From Vulcanimicrobiota bacterium (lineage in GTDB: Bacteria; Vulcanimicrobiota; Vulcanimicrobiia; Vulcanimicrobiales; Vulcanimicrobiaceae), in NCBI GenBank assembly GCA_963733295.1, contig CAVTCS010000003.1, forward strand, positions 1,472,001-1,536,000: a stretch of DNA of 64,000 nt, in the 5' to 3' direction. A model generated the notes under the pieces. The model was not told the origin of the DNA. It ran no database searches and saw nothing but the letters and a program-made list of their open reading frames with translations. Below are positions 19,208 through 29,242 of this stretch, piece by piece (the first letter of the stretch is position 1; each line of letters begins with the position of its first letter). The position numbers were made by a program, and so were the translations under genes.

Positions 19208-21540
19208 TACTGCGGCACCTCGTCGTAGAAATCGCGCAGCGGCGCGGACCAAGCTTCGCGCAAACGTTCGAGATCGAAGGTCGCGCCGGGCAGCCTGATC
19301 GCATTCTGCGCAACGACGTAGCCGAGACGAGCACCGTCCCAATCTGCGTCAGCTCCGTAGCGTTCGAGGTAGAGCTCGTGGAGCGCGCCGATTCGCTCGA
19401 TGTCCGCTTCGAGCACGAAGCCGCCGAACTCACCCAGGAGCGCTCCGGGATCGCCCGAGCGCAATTCGGCACCGAGGCCGTGGAACGGCGACAGGAAGGC
19501 CATCTCGCAGAGCGCCGTCAGCATACCTCCGTCGGAGACGTCGTGCGCCCCGAGCAGGTACCCGTGGCGCGCCGCTTCGAGCACGAATCCGATATCGCAA
19601 CGCTCGCGCACGTAATCGATGACGGGAAGCTCTGTCGCACGTGCCTCGAGAACTTCCGCGACCACCGAGCCGGCGAAGCGCTTCTGGCGCCGTCCGAGGT
19701 AGAGCAGCAGCGAGCCCGCGCGCTTGAGGCCCGGCGTGAGCGAGCGCGAAACGTCGGCGAGGCCTCCGACGCAGGCGATGATCGGCGAAGCCGGGATCGC
19801 CGCGCCGGCGACCGATTGGTTGTAGAGGCTGACGTTGCCGGAAACGAAGGGCGCCGCGAGTTCGCGCGCCGCGCGCGCGATACCGTCGACCGCCGCGACG
19901 AATTCGCCCATCTGCGCGGGGTCCTCGGGATCCCCGAAGTTGAGACAATCGGTGAGTCCGAGCGGACGCGCACCGACCGCGACGACGTTGCGGATCGCCT
20001 CGCACACCGCGTGCTCGGCCGCAAGTTCGGTTCCGTACGCGGAATAGCGCGGATTGCCGCCGACGCCGAGCGCGACGGCGAGCGGCGCCCCCGGTATCGG
20101 CACCAGCACGCCCGCATCGGCATAACCGCTTGGAATCGAGGTCGCGCCGCGCACGACCGAGTCGTAACGCTCGTAGATCGTGCGACGCGAACAGACGTCG
20201 CGATGCCCCAACACCCGTTCGAGCAGAGCCGTGTCGAGCTTTCCGGGTAGCGTTTCGGCGCCGAGCGTTCCACCTTTCGGCGACCTCGGCGCCGGCAATT
20301 CGCAGGGCCGATCGTAGCGGATCCCGCCGGTCAGGAAATCGATCGGCACGCGCATCACTTCTTCGCCGCGATAACGCAAAACGTAGTCCGGCTCCGCGCT
20401 GACTTTGCCGATCACCGCCGCTTGCGCACCGCGCGCAATCAGGGGCAGCGCGAACTCCTCGTTATAGATCGCGAGCAGCTCCGGCGTGAATTCCGGCGGC
20501 ACGACCCAGCACAAGCGCTCTTGCGTTTCCCCGACCGCGATGACGGCCGGCGGCAAATCGGACACCGACGTCGGGCAATCGTCGAGCTCGACGATCGCTC
20601 CGAAGCCGCCGCTCGCGGCGATTTCGGCGGTGCAGCCCATGATGCCACCCGCGCCGAGATCCTTGAAGCCGACGGTCAAACCGCGTTCGCGCAACGCGTC
20701 GAAGACCCGGTACGAGGCGCGCATGATCACGTTCTTGAGAAACGGGTCCGGCACTTGGACCGCGCTCTTGTTCGCTTCGGCATCGGCCTCGTCAAGGAGG
20801 AGCGATGAGAATGCCGCGCCCCCGAATCCGCTGAAATCGGTCGCCTTGCCGACGAGCACGATGTCCCAACCCGCCGAGCCGGGCGGCGCCGCGGAGTGGA
20901 TCACCTCGTCTTCCTTGACCAATCCCAGCGCGACGACGTTGACTAGACAGTTGTCGCGAAAGCCTTCGTGAAAGTAGACGTCGCCTGCGATTGTGGGGAC
21001 GCCGATCGCGTTGCCGTACGCCGCGATGCCGTCGACCACGCCCTGTCCGACGTAGCGCGCGTGCGGGTCGTCGCGCGGACCGAAGCGCAGCGGATCGGCG
21101 AGCGCGATCACGCGCGAGCCCATGCACAACACGTCGCGCACGATGCCGCCGACGCCGGTTGCGGCGCCCTCGAAGGGGACGACTTGGGACGGATGGTTGT
21201 GGGACTCGTGCGCGATCACGATGCCGTACGCGGCGCCGTCCCAATAACCCAAGCGCACGATGCCGGCGTCTTCCTTCGGACCCAGAATCACGTCCGGCCC
21301 GTTCACCGGAAGACGGCTAAGATACGAGCGCGAGCTCTTGTACGAGCAATGTTCGCTCCACTGCGCGTCGAAAGCGTGCGCCTCGACGAGGGTCGGATCG
21401 CGACCCAGACGCTCGGCGATCTTGCGCAGCTCGCTCTTGTTCAGCGCGAGGCCGTTCGTCCGCGCGCCGGCTTCGAGTTCTTGATCCGAAACGTCGCAAA
21501 CCCGCAGCCGCCCGCCGGCAGCTGCCGGCGCATCAGGCAA
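19207..21540 (-). CDS. purL: FGAM synthase subunit PurL (small type)
   Basis: WSEHCSYKSS, ESHNHPS, GAATGVGG, DLGAGG, NFGDP, SGNVSLYN, HDVSDGG motifs. Confidence 0.97.
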   Translation of the reverse strand: MPDAPAAAGGRLRVCDVSDQELEAGARTNGLALNKSELRKIAERLGRDPTLVEAHAFDAQWSEHCSYKSSRSYLSRLPVNGPDVILGPKEDAGIVRLGYWDGAAYGIVIAHESHNHPSQVVPFEGAATGVGGIVRDVLCMGSRVIALADPLRFGPRDDPHARYVGQGVVDGIAAYGNAIGVPTIAGDVYFHEGFRDNCLVNVVALGLVKEDEVIHSAAPPGSAGWDIVLVGKATDFSGFGGAAFSSLLLDEADAEANKSAVQVPDPFLKNVIMRASYRVFDALRERGLTVGFKDLGAGGIMGCTAEIAASGGFGAIVELDDCPTSVSDLPPAVIAVGETQERLCWVVPPEFTPELLAIYNEEFALPLIARGAQAAVIGKVSAEPDYVLRYRGEEVMRVPIDFLTGGIRYDRPCELPAPRSPKGGTLGAETLPGKLDTALLERVLGHRDVCSRRTIYERYDSVVRGATSIPSGYADAGVLVPIPGAPLAVALGVGGNPRYSAYGTELAAEHAVCEAIRNVVAVGARPLGLTDCLNFGDPEDPAQMGEFVAAVDGIARAARELAAPFVSGNVSLYNQSVAGAAIPASPIIACVGGLADVSRSLTPGLKRAGSLLLYLGRRQKRFAGSVVAEVLEARATELPVIDYVRERCDIGFVLEAARHGYLLGAHDVSDGGMLTALCEMAFLSPFHGLGAELRSGDPGALLGEFGGFVLEADIERIGALHELYLERYGADADWDGARLGYVVAQNAIRLPGATFDLERLREAWSAPLRDFYDEVPQ

Positions 21541-22729
21541 GATTGGCGCCTTGCGGAACGGGGCGCGGAGCGTTGAGTTGCGCGTCGGCTTGGAGCACCG
21601 CGGAACGCGCGTGCCCCTGAACGAGCATCACCCGTCCGAACAGAACGGTATCGTCCAGCGCGAGCGCCTTGGCACACGCCGCGGCCGTCGCCTCCGCGCT
21701 CCCGTCACTCGCATCGAAGACGGGATTGGGCGTCGCGGCCTGCAGCATTGCAGCCAGCTGCGGGCCGGACGCCACGTAGATCAAGCGAGCGAAGGTCGCA
21801 TCGAGTTGTTGCGCGGTCTGCATCACGAAAGCCGGCATAAGCTCGCTCGAAACGACGCGCCGCAACACGGTCAAGCCGAATTGACCCAGCGCGCGAATCA
21901 CCGCGTCGAGTCCGCCGACCGCCTCCGGTCCGTCCGCAATCAGGCCCACGGTGCCGGGACGCGCGACCGGAAACGTTCCGGTCAACTCCGCGACCGTTTC
22001 GTAGTTCGCGAGCACGCGCTCCAAGTCCGCAGGCGTCACCTCCGCCAGATTGCGATAAAGCTGCTTGTCGAGCATCAGCTCTTCGCGGCCCTGCGGCCAA
22101 ATGCGCCACGAATCGTTGTCGATCACGTCCGCGATCACGAGATTTCCGCGGCCCTCGGTTCCGATCAAACGGCCGAATTCGATCTTCAGATCGACGAGCA
22201 GCGTCTCGTGGCGGCGCCAGGCGTGCGCCAGGATCTCGAAAACGATGCGCGCGATCTCGCCCATCGTTCCCACTTCTTGGGGCGACGCCAGGCCGCGGGC
22301 CACGATCTCGTCGGGCTCGATCAGAGGATCGTGGTTCGCATCGTCCTTGACGAAGAATTCGACCAGCCGCGGCACGATGATCGAACCGCGCGCCACGCCG
22401 GGTTTGCGCTTGACGAACGAGCCGGCCGCGACGCCCCGCACGACGACTTCGAGCGGAATCATCGTGCAGCGCCGGACCAGCATCTCGTTGTCGTCGTCAT
22501 CCTCGCCGCCGCTCACGTAGTGCGTCGGAAGGCCGCACAGGTTGAGAAGCCGGAAAACGCGCGCGCTCGTTTTGGCCGCGACCCTCCCTTTGCCGGGGAT
22601 CACGTTGCGTCGCGCACCGTCGCCGGCCGTGATGCTATCGAGCGCCTGCACGATCAGAACGTCGGGTTGTCCGGGTTTCTCGTAAAGGGCCTTGGTCTTG
22701 CCGCGTGCGATCTCGGGGCCTTTGTTCAT
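21533..22729 (-). CDS. purC: SAICAR synthetase of PAICS type with a degenerate C-terminal PurE-like domain
   Basis: GKTK, DSITAGDG, DLKIEFG, ADVIDNDSWRIW, DKQLYR motifs, plus about 140 extra C-terminal residues. Confidence 0.9.
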   Translation of the reverse strand: MNKGPEIARGKTKALYEKPGQPDVLIVQALDSITAGDGARRNVIPGKGRVAAKTSARVFRLLNLCGLPTHYVSGGEDDDDNEMLVRRCTMIPLEVVVRGVAAGSFVKRKPGVARGSIIVPRLVEFFVKDDANHDPLIEPDEIVARGLASPQEVGTMGEIARIVFEILAHAWRRHETLLVDLKIEFGRLIGTEGRGNLVIADVIDNDSWRIWPQGREELMLDKQLYRNLAEVTPADLERVLANYETVAELTGTFPVARPGTVGLIADGPEAVGGLDAVIRALGQFGLTVLRRVVSSELMPAFVMQTAQQLDATFARLIYVASGPQLAAMLQAATPNPVFDASDGSAEATAAACAKALALDDTVLFGRVMLVQGHARSAVLQADAQLNAPRPVPQGANLA

Positions 22730-24153
22730 GGGACGCTTTCGGCGGGCGTGCGCGGCGCGGGGAACGGCGGCAGATCGGCGATGCGCCCGACGAGCGCGCG
22801 TGCGCGCTCGGGAGCGTCACCGGTGTGATCGCTCGGATCGAGCAACGCGCGAATTTCCGCGGGATCGAGCAACCTGGTGAGACGCTCGTCGTCGACGAGC
22901 AGCCGCGGCAGCGGGTTATCGCTGCCGGCCGCCAATGCATCGTACGCCTTCATCGCTGCTTCGCGCAGCGCTTCGTGCAAGACTTGCCGGTCACCGCCGG
23001 CCTTGACGGCCTCGAGCAGGACGGCTTCGGTTCCCGCGAACGGCCCGTAGGTGCGCAGGTTCTGTGCGATGCGACGTTCGTCCAGGCGCAAGCCTGCGAC
23101 GACGCGCAGTGCCAGTCCCACGATTTCGTCGGTGCACAGAAACGCTTCCGGCAGGATCGTGCGCCGGTTCGCGCTGTCGTCGAGCGTCCGCTCGAGGTAA
23201 TTCGTCGCGGCGTTCTGCCAGGCCACGTCGGCGTACGCCGGGAGGAGCCGCGCCAGCGAGTCGATGCGTTCGGAGAGCATTGGGTTGCGTTTGAAGGGCA
23301 TCGAGGAACTGCCGACTTGTTTGGTCCCGAACGGTTCGAACGCTTCGCCGAAGCCGGGCGACGAGAGGATGCGCACGTCGGCTGCGAATTTCGAGAGCGA
23401 CGCGCCGAGCCCGGCGAGCGTGCTCGCCATCAGGTAGTCGAGCTTGCGCGGATAGGTTTGCGTGCTGACTTCGCGCGCGCTCAGGTCGAATTGGTCGAGG
23501 ACCTCGCTCTCTTGATCGCGCGCGCGCCGGCCGCTTCCGCGCAACAGCCGCTCGTAGGACGCCGAGGTCCCGACGGCCCCGCGAATGCCTTTGGCGGTGA
23601 GCGCGTGATAGGCGACACGCAGTTGCGCTTCGTCGATCAGCAGGTCCTGCGCGTACGCGGCCAAGCGGTAGCCGAAGGTCGTCGGCTCGGCAGGCTGCAG
23701 GTGCGTGTAGCCCATGCAGACGAGTTCGGCGTACTTTTCGATCGACGCGGCGAAGGCGCGCAGTAATTCGTGCAGACGTTCGCCGACGAGCGCCAGGGCG
23801 CGACGCATGCGGTACGTCTCGACGGTATCTTCGACGTCCATCGAGGTCGCGCCGAGGTGCAGCTTCCCGCCGCCTGTCTTCGCCTGCGAAGCGAAGACGC
23901 GGATCTCTGCCATCAAATCGTGACCGATTTCGCGCTCGATTGCGAGCGCCGCAGCGAGATCGATATCGTTTGCGTGGGCTGCAAGATCTTCGACCTCGGC
24001 GCGCGTCACGAGCCCGCTGCGCTCCTGCGAGCGAGCGAGCGCGATCCAGACCGAGCGCCACAACCGCCGCCGTTCCCGCTCGGAGAAGAGCTCGCGCACC
24101 TCTGGTCGCCCGTACCTCCACGAAAACGGCGAGGCGTAGGTCCGCTCATCCAT
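22726..24153 (-). CDS. purB: Adenylosuccinate lyase
   Basis: HLGATS, GYTHLQPA, GSSSMPFKRNP, ERTLDDSANRR motifs. Confidence 0.97.
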   Translation of the reverse strand: MDERTYASPFSWRYGRPEVRELFSERERRRLWRSVWIALARSQERSGLVTRAEVEDLAAHANDIDLAAALAIEREIGHDLMAEIRVFASQAKTGGGKLHLGATSMDVEDTVETYRMRRALALVGERLHELLRAFAASIEKYAELVCMGYTHLQPAEPTTFGYRLAAYAQDLLIDEAQLRVAYHALTAKGIRGAVGTSASYERLLRGSGRRARDQESEVLDQFDLSAREVSTQTYPRKLDYLMASTLAGLGASLSKFAADVRILSSPGFGEAFEPFGTKQVGSSSMPFKRNPMLSERIDSLARLLPAYADVAWQNAATNYLERTLDDSANRRTILPEAFLCTDEIVGLALRVVAGLRLDERRIAQNLRTYGPFAGTEAVLLEAVKAGGDRQVLHEALREAAMKAYDALAAGSDNPLPRLLVDDERLTRLLDPAEIRALLDPSDHTGDAPERARALVGRIADLPPFPAPRTPAESVP

Positions 24154-24198
24154 CGCTAGTCCGGCTTTCGCCTCGCGCGCAGGGGCGGCCTTGAGGAG

Positions 24199-24233
24199 AA
24201 AAAGAGACGAGCCGGACAGACGTCCGGCTCGTC
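24199..24233 (-). terminator. Rho-independent terminator downstream of the 24280-25170 gene
   Basis: 12-bp stem GACGAGCCGGAC/GTCCGGCTCGTC followed by TCTTTTT on the minus strand. Confidence 0.75.
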
Positions 24234-24279
24234 GGAGTTCGCGAGCGAGCGACCTCGCCCGGTTCGTTTACTGAATCGC

Positions 24280-25170
24280 CTACTGAACCGCCGTCAGACC
24301 TGCGAACGAGAGGGCTCCCCCGGTCGTATTTGGTGCTGCGAAGCTTAGCACGATGTACAGTGCGCCCGGCGCCTGCGCTGTGAACAGACCCGAATCCGCG
24401 GGGAAGAGAACGGCAGCTGGGGCCCCGGATGCCGCCGGACGGCCATAGACGGCCGGCTCGGTAGTCGTGGCTGCCGTGAAGGTCGTCGTGTACGAGCCGC
24501 TCGGCGCGCCGTAGGAGTTTGCGATGTAGTACGGCGGTGCCGGACTCGGAGCTGTGTCGATCCCGTTTGTTGGGAAGAGGCAGCGGTACGTCGTGGCTGT
24601 CGCCGAGAGTGCGGGACCGCCGCAGATGAGCCGCACGTCATACGACGACGTCGCGGAGCCGCCGGTCAGTTCGATTGCGATGCTCGACGGAACCGGAGCG
24701 CCCGCGTAGGTCGCGCCGACGACGTCGATCTCGTTGTAGTTGAACGTCGCGGTGTTACCGGGTATTCCGAATTGGTAAGTCAAGTTCGGAACCGTTCCGC
24801 TATATTTGACGACTTGGACCGCTTGACTGTTTTCGGTGTACGTTATCGTATGCGAACCGGGAGCCGGGGGCGAGGCGCTAGGATTGGGTGCCACGATCAC
24901 GTCGGTGGCTATGGTTGCAATGTAGCCAATCGTCGCTCCCTTATAGGGGAGTGTGCCTGCGGTGCCCGGTGGATTGCCGCCGTCGACAGCGAGCACGGGT
25001 TCGGTTCCGGGCGGGGGCGGACCATTGCCATTGGTTGATTGGACCGAGCCGCCGCCGGCGCCGTTCGGAAGTCCACCCGTCGGCAGTGATGTCCCTGTTG
25101 ACCCCCCACAGCCGTTCAGAGCGATCCCGAAGACTCCAACGAGAGCCAGTCGAGCTAAAATCGTGCGCAT
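24280..25170 (-). CDS. Hypothetical lipoprotein, Gly/Thr/Pro-rich
   Basis: Lipobox-like ALNG-C after a hydrophobic signal; GAGGAG upstream. Confidence 0.65.
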   Translation of the reverse strand: MRTILARLALVGVFGIALNGCGGSTGTSLPTGGLPNGAGGGSVQSTNGNGPPPPGTEPVLAVDGGNPPGTAGTLPYKGATIGYIATIATDVIVAPNPSASPPAPGSHTITYTENSQAVQVVKYSGTVPNLTYQFGIPGNTATFNYNEIDVVGATYAGAPVPSSIAIELTGGSATSSYDVRLICGGPALSATATTYRCLFPTNGIDTAPSPAPPYYIANSYGAPSGSYTTTFTAATTTEPAVYGRPAASGAPAAVLFPADSGLFTAQAPGALYIVLSFAAPNTTGGALSFAGLTAVQ

Positions 25171-25314
25171 TGGAGAAAACTCCTCGATACGTTCCACTCA
25201 GCAATCGAGACACGAGCATGCACACGTCGTCTGAGGCCGACGCCGCATCTCCGGGCCGACGTTGCTCGCCGTGCTGCCGCAATCCTTTTGGACGGGAGGG
25301 CGAGCAGGGAGCCG

Positions 25315-26283
25315 CTAGCGCGCTGCGGTATCGGCCGCGGCCGCCAGCTCCACGACCAGTCGCGGGTCGTCGGCGCGTCCGGTCACGATCGCCCCGAAAC
25401 CGCGGACCGCGCGCTCGAAGCCCAGCCGGGCGCGGCGCGCTCCCAGGCGCCGCGCGATAGCGCGCAGCTCCCGTTCGCGCCAGCGTGCGCGCGCGGGCAG
25501 GCTTCCGCCCGGACGCGCCAGCTCCCAAACCAGACCGTACTCGACAGCGAGCGCCGAGAGCAGCGGAATCGCCGCACCGCGTGGGTCCTCGCCGAAGAGT
25601 TCGCCGGCGATCTCCAGCGCCCGGCCGACGTCGCCCGCGAGCACCTCGGTAGCGAAGTGATACGCTTTGACGTTGACCGCAGCGAGGGTCTCGCGTTCGA
25701 CGTCGGCCAGTTCGATGCGCGTACCCGACAGCGCCAACTTTTCCAAATCGGTGCGCAGTGCCGCAAGGTCGCCATCGCCACTGTGGAGCGCTTCGAACGC
25801 GGGCGGCGAAGCGCTTGCCCCCAGATCGGCCAGCGTTTCGCGCAGAAAGCGTTCGCGCGTCTCGTCCGTCGGCGTCGTGTCGATGCGTAGCGCACCGCGA
25901 CCCAAGAGCTTGGCCAGGGGCTCCGGCCGTTTGCTCGACGGCGAGATCAAATCTTCGATCACGAGCATGTTTCCGGCCGGAACCGTCGCCGCAGCTGCGA
26001 GCAAACCCCGGCGCGGCTCGGCCCGCAGTTCGTGCGCTCCGCGCACGATCACGATCCGCATCGAACCGAGAAAGGGCAACGCGGCGACCGCCGCCTCGAC
26101 GCGGCCGAACGAATCGAGTTCCGTCGCGACGAAGCGCTCCACGTTCAGGTCGCGCTCGGCGGGCGCGAGCGAACGCTCGACGAGCGTTGCGAGCGCGCGT
26201 TCGGCCAGCAAGTGCTCGACGCCCTCGACGACGACGACCTTCGGAAGCGTGGGCGCTTTGTCGATGAACTCGTAGAACTTGAT
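25315..26283 (-). CDS. holA: DNA polymerase III delta subunit (probable ATC start)
   Basis: VVVEGVEHLL, LPFLGSMRIVIVR, LRTDLEKLAL motifs. Conserved N-terminus lies upstream of the first canonical start (26211). Confidence 0.8.
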   Translation of the reverse strand: MKFYEFIDKAPTLPKVVVVEGVEHLLAERALATLVERSLAPAERDLNVERFVATELDSFGRVEAAVAALPFLGSMRIVIVRGAHELRAEPRRGLLAAAATVPAGNMLVIEDLISPSSKRPEPLAKLLGRGALRIDTTPTDETRERFLRETLADLGASASPPAFEALHSGDGDLAALRTDLEKLALSGTRIELADVERETLAAVNVKAYHFATEVLAGDVGRALEIAGELFGEDPRGAAIPLLSALAVEYGLVWELARPGGSLPARARWRERELRAIARRLGARRARLGFERAVRGFGAIVTGRADDPRLVVELAAAADTAAR

Positions 26284-26288
26284 GCTGC

Positions 26289-27332
26289 TTAAGCTCCCGG
26301 GCTGCGCGCGAAGAGAAAGCGTGGACGGTCGGCGAGTTCGGGCAAAGACTCCGCGTACGGCGGCCGCGCGACGCCGTATTCGGTGACGATTCCGGCAATG
26401 AGGTGTCCCGGCGTTACGTCGAAGGCCGGATTGTAAGCCGGGATTTCGGCGGGGGCGCTGCGCGCGCCCGCGAATGCGCGAACCTCTTCGGGACTGCGCT
26501 CCTCGATCGCGATGCCCTCACCCGTCGGAATAGAAAAATCGATCGTCGAACGCGGCGCCGCGACGTAAAAGGGGATGCCGTGGTGCGCCGCGGCGATCGC
26601 GACGCCGTAGGTGCCGATCTTGTTCGCCGTGTCGCCGTTGCGCGCGATGCGATCGGCGCCGACGATCGCGCAGGCGATCCCCTTGGCGCGCATCGTCGCG
26701 GCCGCCGCACCGTCGACGATCAACGTCGCGGGCACGCCGGCCGCCTGCAGCTCGACCGTCGTCAAGCGTGCGCCTTGCAAGAGCGGTCGCGTCTCGTCGA
26801 TGTAGACGTGGATGCGCTTGCCGGCACGACGAGCTGCGACGATCACGCCCAGCGCCGTGCCGGAGCCTCCGGTTGCGAGCGGTCCGGTATTGCAGTGCGT
26901 CAGCACGTTCGCACCGTCGGGAATGAGCCCGGCGCCGTGTTCGCCGATCGCGCGGTCGACGGCGCGCTGTTCCTCGTGTATCGCTTCTGCCTCGGCAAGA
27001 TAGTCGCGAGCATCGACCCCCAACACGCGGTCGACGGCCCAAGCGAGGTTCATCGCGGTCGGGCGCGCGCGCTTGATGCGTTCGGCCGCAGCGGCGAATT
27101 CCGCGTCGGAAGCGCACTGCCGTCGCGCCTGCGCGATGCCGTAGGCGCCGAAGATGCCGATGCATGGGGCTCCGCGTACCGCCAGGCACGCGATCGCGGC
27201 CACGACCTCGTCGACGCTTTCGGCGCGGGCGCGCTCGAGTTCGTCCGGCAACTTGCGCTGATCGATGTAACCGACCCCGCCGGCCTCCCACCAGACCGGC
27301 TCGAAGGGCTCCCCGACGGCTCCGTTCTTCAC
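26289..27332 (-). CDS. mtnA: S-methyl-5-thioribose-1-phosphate isomerase
   Basis: DQRKLP, VRGAP, RPTAMNL, THCNTG, ETRPLLQGARLT, NKIGT, NPAFDVTP motifs. Confidence 0.95.
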   Translation of the reverse strand: MKNGAVGEPFEPVWWEAGGVGYIDQRKLPDELERARAESVDEVVAAIACLAVRGAPCIGIFGAYGIAQARRQCASDAEFAAAAERIKRARPTAMNLAWAVDRVLGVDARDYLAEAEAIHEEQRAVDRAIGEHGAGLIPDGANVLTHCNTGPLATGGSGTALGVIVAARRAGKRIHVYIDETRPLLQGARLTTVELQAAGVPATLIVDGAAAATMRAKGIACAIVGADRIARNGDTANKIGTYGVAIAAAHHGIPFYVAAPRSTIDFSIPTGEGIAIEERSPEEVRAFAGARSAPAEIPAYNPAFDVTPGHLIAGIVTEYGVARPPYAESLPELADRPRFLFARSPGA

Positions 27333-27794
27333 CTACGCGACTTCCAGGACGAAAAGGGCGGCCAACGTCGCTTCGTATCCTTTGTCACCGCGTTTCGGAT
27401 CGGCGCGCTCCTCCGCTTGCGCAAGCGTGTCGGTCGTCAGAACGCCGAAACCGATCGGCACGCGCGTTTCCAACTGCACGTCCATGAGTCCGCGCGCGCA
27501 CTCCCCGGCAACGAACTCGAAGTGCGGCGTTTCGCCCCGGATCACGACGCCCAGCGCGACGATTGCGTCGTAGTCGGCGGTATCGATCAAGCGCCGGGAC
27601 GCGAGCGGTAACTCGAAGCAACCGGGCACGCGCGCGAAAAGGCGGTCGACCGCCGCCACGCCACACGCGTCGAGCGCGCGGCGCGCGCCATCCTCCAGCC
27701 AATCTGCCAGCTCTTCGTAGAAGCGCGCGCTGACGATGGCCACGCGTTTGCCCGCACCGCGCGGCAACGCGGCGCTTCCGGCGACGCCCCTCAC
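27333..27794 (-). CDS. ribH: 6,7-dimethyl-8-ribityllumazine synthase
   Basis: VPGCFELP, VIRGETPHFEFV, FGVLTTD motifs. Confidence 0.96.
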   Translation of the reverse strand: MRGVAGSAALPRGAGKRVAIVSARFYEELADWLEDGARRALDACGVAAVDRLFARVPGCFELPLASRRLIDTADYDAIVALGVVIRGETPHFEFVAGECARGLMDVQLETRVPIGFGVLTTDTLAQAEERADPKRGDKGYEATLAALFVLEVA

Positions 27795-29227
27795 CCCGCG
27801 ATCTCGAGCGGCGCGACCTCGGCCGCGTCGAGCATGTGACCCATCTTCTCCCGCTTGGTTTCCATATAGCGCGCGTTGTAGGCGGTCGGCGGAATATCGA
27901 GCGGCACGCGTCCCACGATCGCCAAACCGTATCCCTCGAGACCGACGATCTTCTTCGGATTGTTGGTGATCAGACGCATCTCTTTGAGACCGAGATCGAC
28001 CAGGATCTGCGAGCCCAGACCGTAGTCACGCTTATCGACCGGCAAACCTAGGGCTATGTTGGCCTCGACGGTATCGGCGCCGCGATCCTGCAGTTCGTAG
28101 GCGCGCAGCTTATTGGCGAGCCCGATCCCCCGGCCTTCCTGATGCAGGTAAAGGAAGACGCCGCGGCCTTCGCGCGCGATCAAGTCGAGCGCCGCGTCGC
28201 GCTGCGCCGCGCAATCGCAGCGCAACGAATGCAACGCGTCGCCCGTCAGACACTCGGAGTGGACCCGGACGAGGATGTCTTTGCCATCGCCGATTTCGCC
28301 CATCACCATCGCGACGTGAGCGACGCGATCGATGCTCGTCTCGTACGCGATCCCTTGGAACGTACCGTGGCGAGTCGGCAGCGTGAATTCGGCGATGCGC
28401 TGCACCAGCTTTTCGGTGCGCATGCGAAAAGCGATGAGGTCTTTGACCGTGATCAGGCGCAGACCGTGTTTCTTCGCAAAAACACGTAGTTTTGGTAGAC
28501 GCATCATCGTGCCGTCTTCGTCCATGATCTCGACGATGACGCCGGCCGGATAAAAACCGGCCAGCCGCGCGAGATCGACCGCTGCTTCGGTCTGGCCGGC
28601 GCGCACCAGCACGCCGCCTTCACGCGCCCGCAACGGAAACGTGTGGCCCGGCCTCAGGAAGTCCGAAGGCTTGGCGGCGGGATCGAGCAGCGCTTGGATC
28701 GTTTCGGCGCGGTCGAAGGCGGAGATGCCCGTCGTCGTGCGATTGCGCGCCTCGATCGAAACGGTAAATGCGGTTTCGTGCGGCGCTGTGTTGTCGGAAA
28801 CCATTTGTGGAATCTGCAACTCATCCAAACGCCGCCCCAGAATCGGAACGCAGATAAGTCCGCCCGCTTCCCGTCGCATGAAATTGATCGCGTCGGGGGT
28901 CACCATCTGCGCCGCCATGACGAGGTCGCCTTCGTTCTCACGGTCCTCGTCGTCGAGCACGATCACCATCTTGCCGGCGCGGATGTCGGCGATGGCGTCG
29001 TCGATGCAATCGAAGACCGGTTCCTCGATTGGGTGGTCGGCCAGGTGCGCGGCGAGTTCCGGTAACGCCCTCGAAAGCGCTTGGATGGAGCGGAAGGACG
29101 GCGTGCGGCGACCCGACCGCAGATAGGAGATCGCGCCCTCCGTGAGGCCGGACCGCCCGGCGAGTTCGGCGGCCGAAATGCCGGTCTGATCCATCGCTCC
29201 GCGCAGCGCGTCGGCAAAAGTGCTCAT
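27791..29227 (-). CDS. ribBA: XRE-HTH fused to bifunctional DHBP synthase/GTP cyclohydrolase II
   Basis: Residues ~1-57 form a Cro/XRE HTH; then DEDRENEGD, RPGH, RVHSECLTGD, RCDC, QEGRGIGL motifs. Confidence 0.93.
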   Translation of the reverse strand: MSTFADALRGAMDQTGISAAELAGRSGLTEGAISYLRSGRRTPSFRSIQALSRALPELAAHLADHPIEEPVFDCIDDAIADIRAGKMVIVLDDEDRENEGDLVMAAQMVTPDAINFMRREAGGLICVPILGRRLDELQIPQMVSDNTAPHETAFTVSIEARNRTTTGISAFDRAETIQALLDPAAKPSDFLRPGHTFPLRAREGGVLVRAGQTEAAVDLARLAGFYPAGVIVEIMDEDGTMMRLPKLRVFAKKHGLRLITVKDLIAFRMRTEKLVQRIAEFTLPTRHGTFQGIAYETSIDRVAHVAMVMGEIGDGKDILVRVHSECLTGDALHSLRCDCAAQRDAALDLIAREGRGVFLYLHQEGRGIGLANKLRAYELQDRGADTVEANIALGLPVDKRDYGLGSQILVDLGLKEMRLITNNPKKIVGLEGYGLAIVGRVPLDIPPTAYNARYMETKREKMGHMLDAAEVAPLEIAG

Positions 29228-29242
29228 CTTCCGTCCCTTCGC

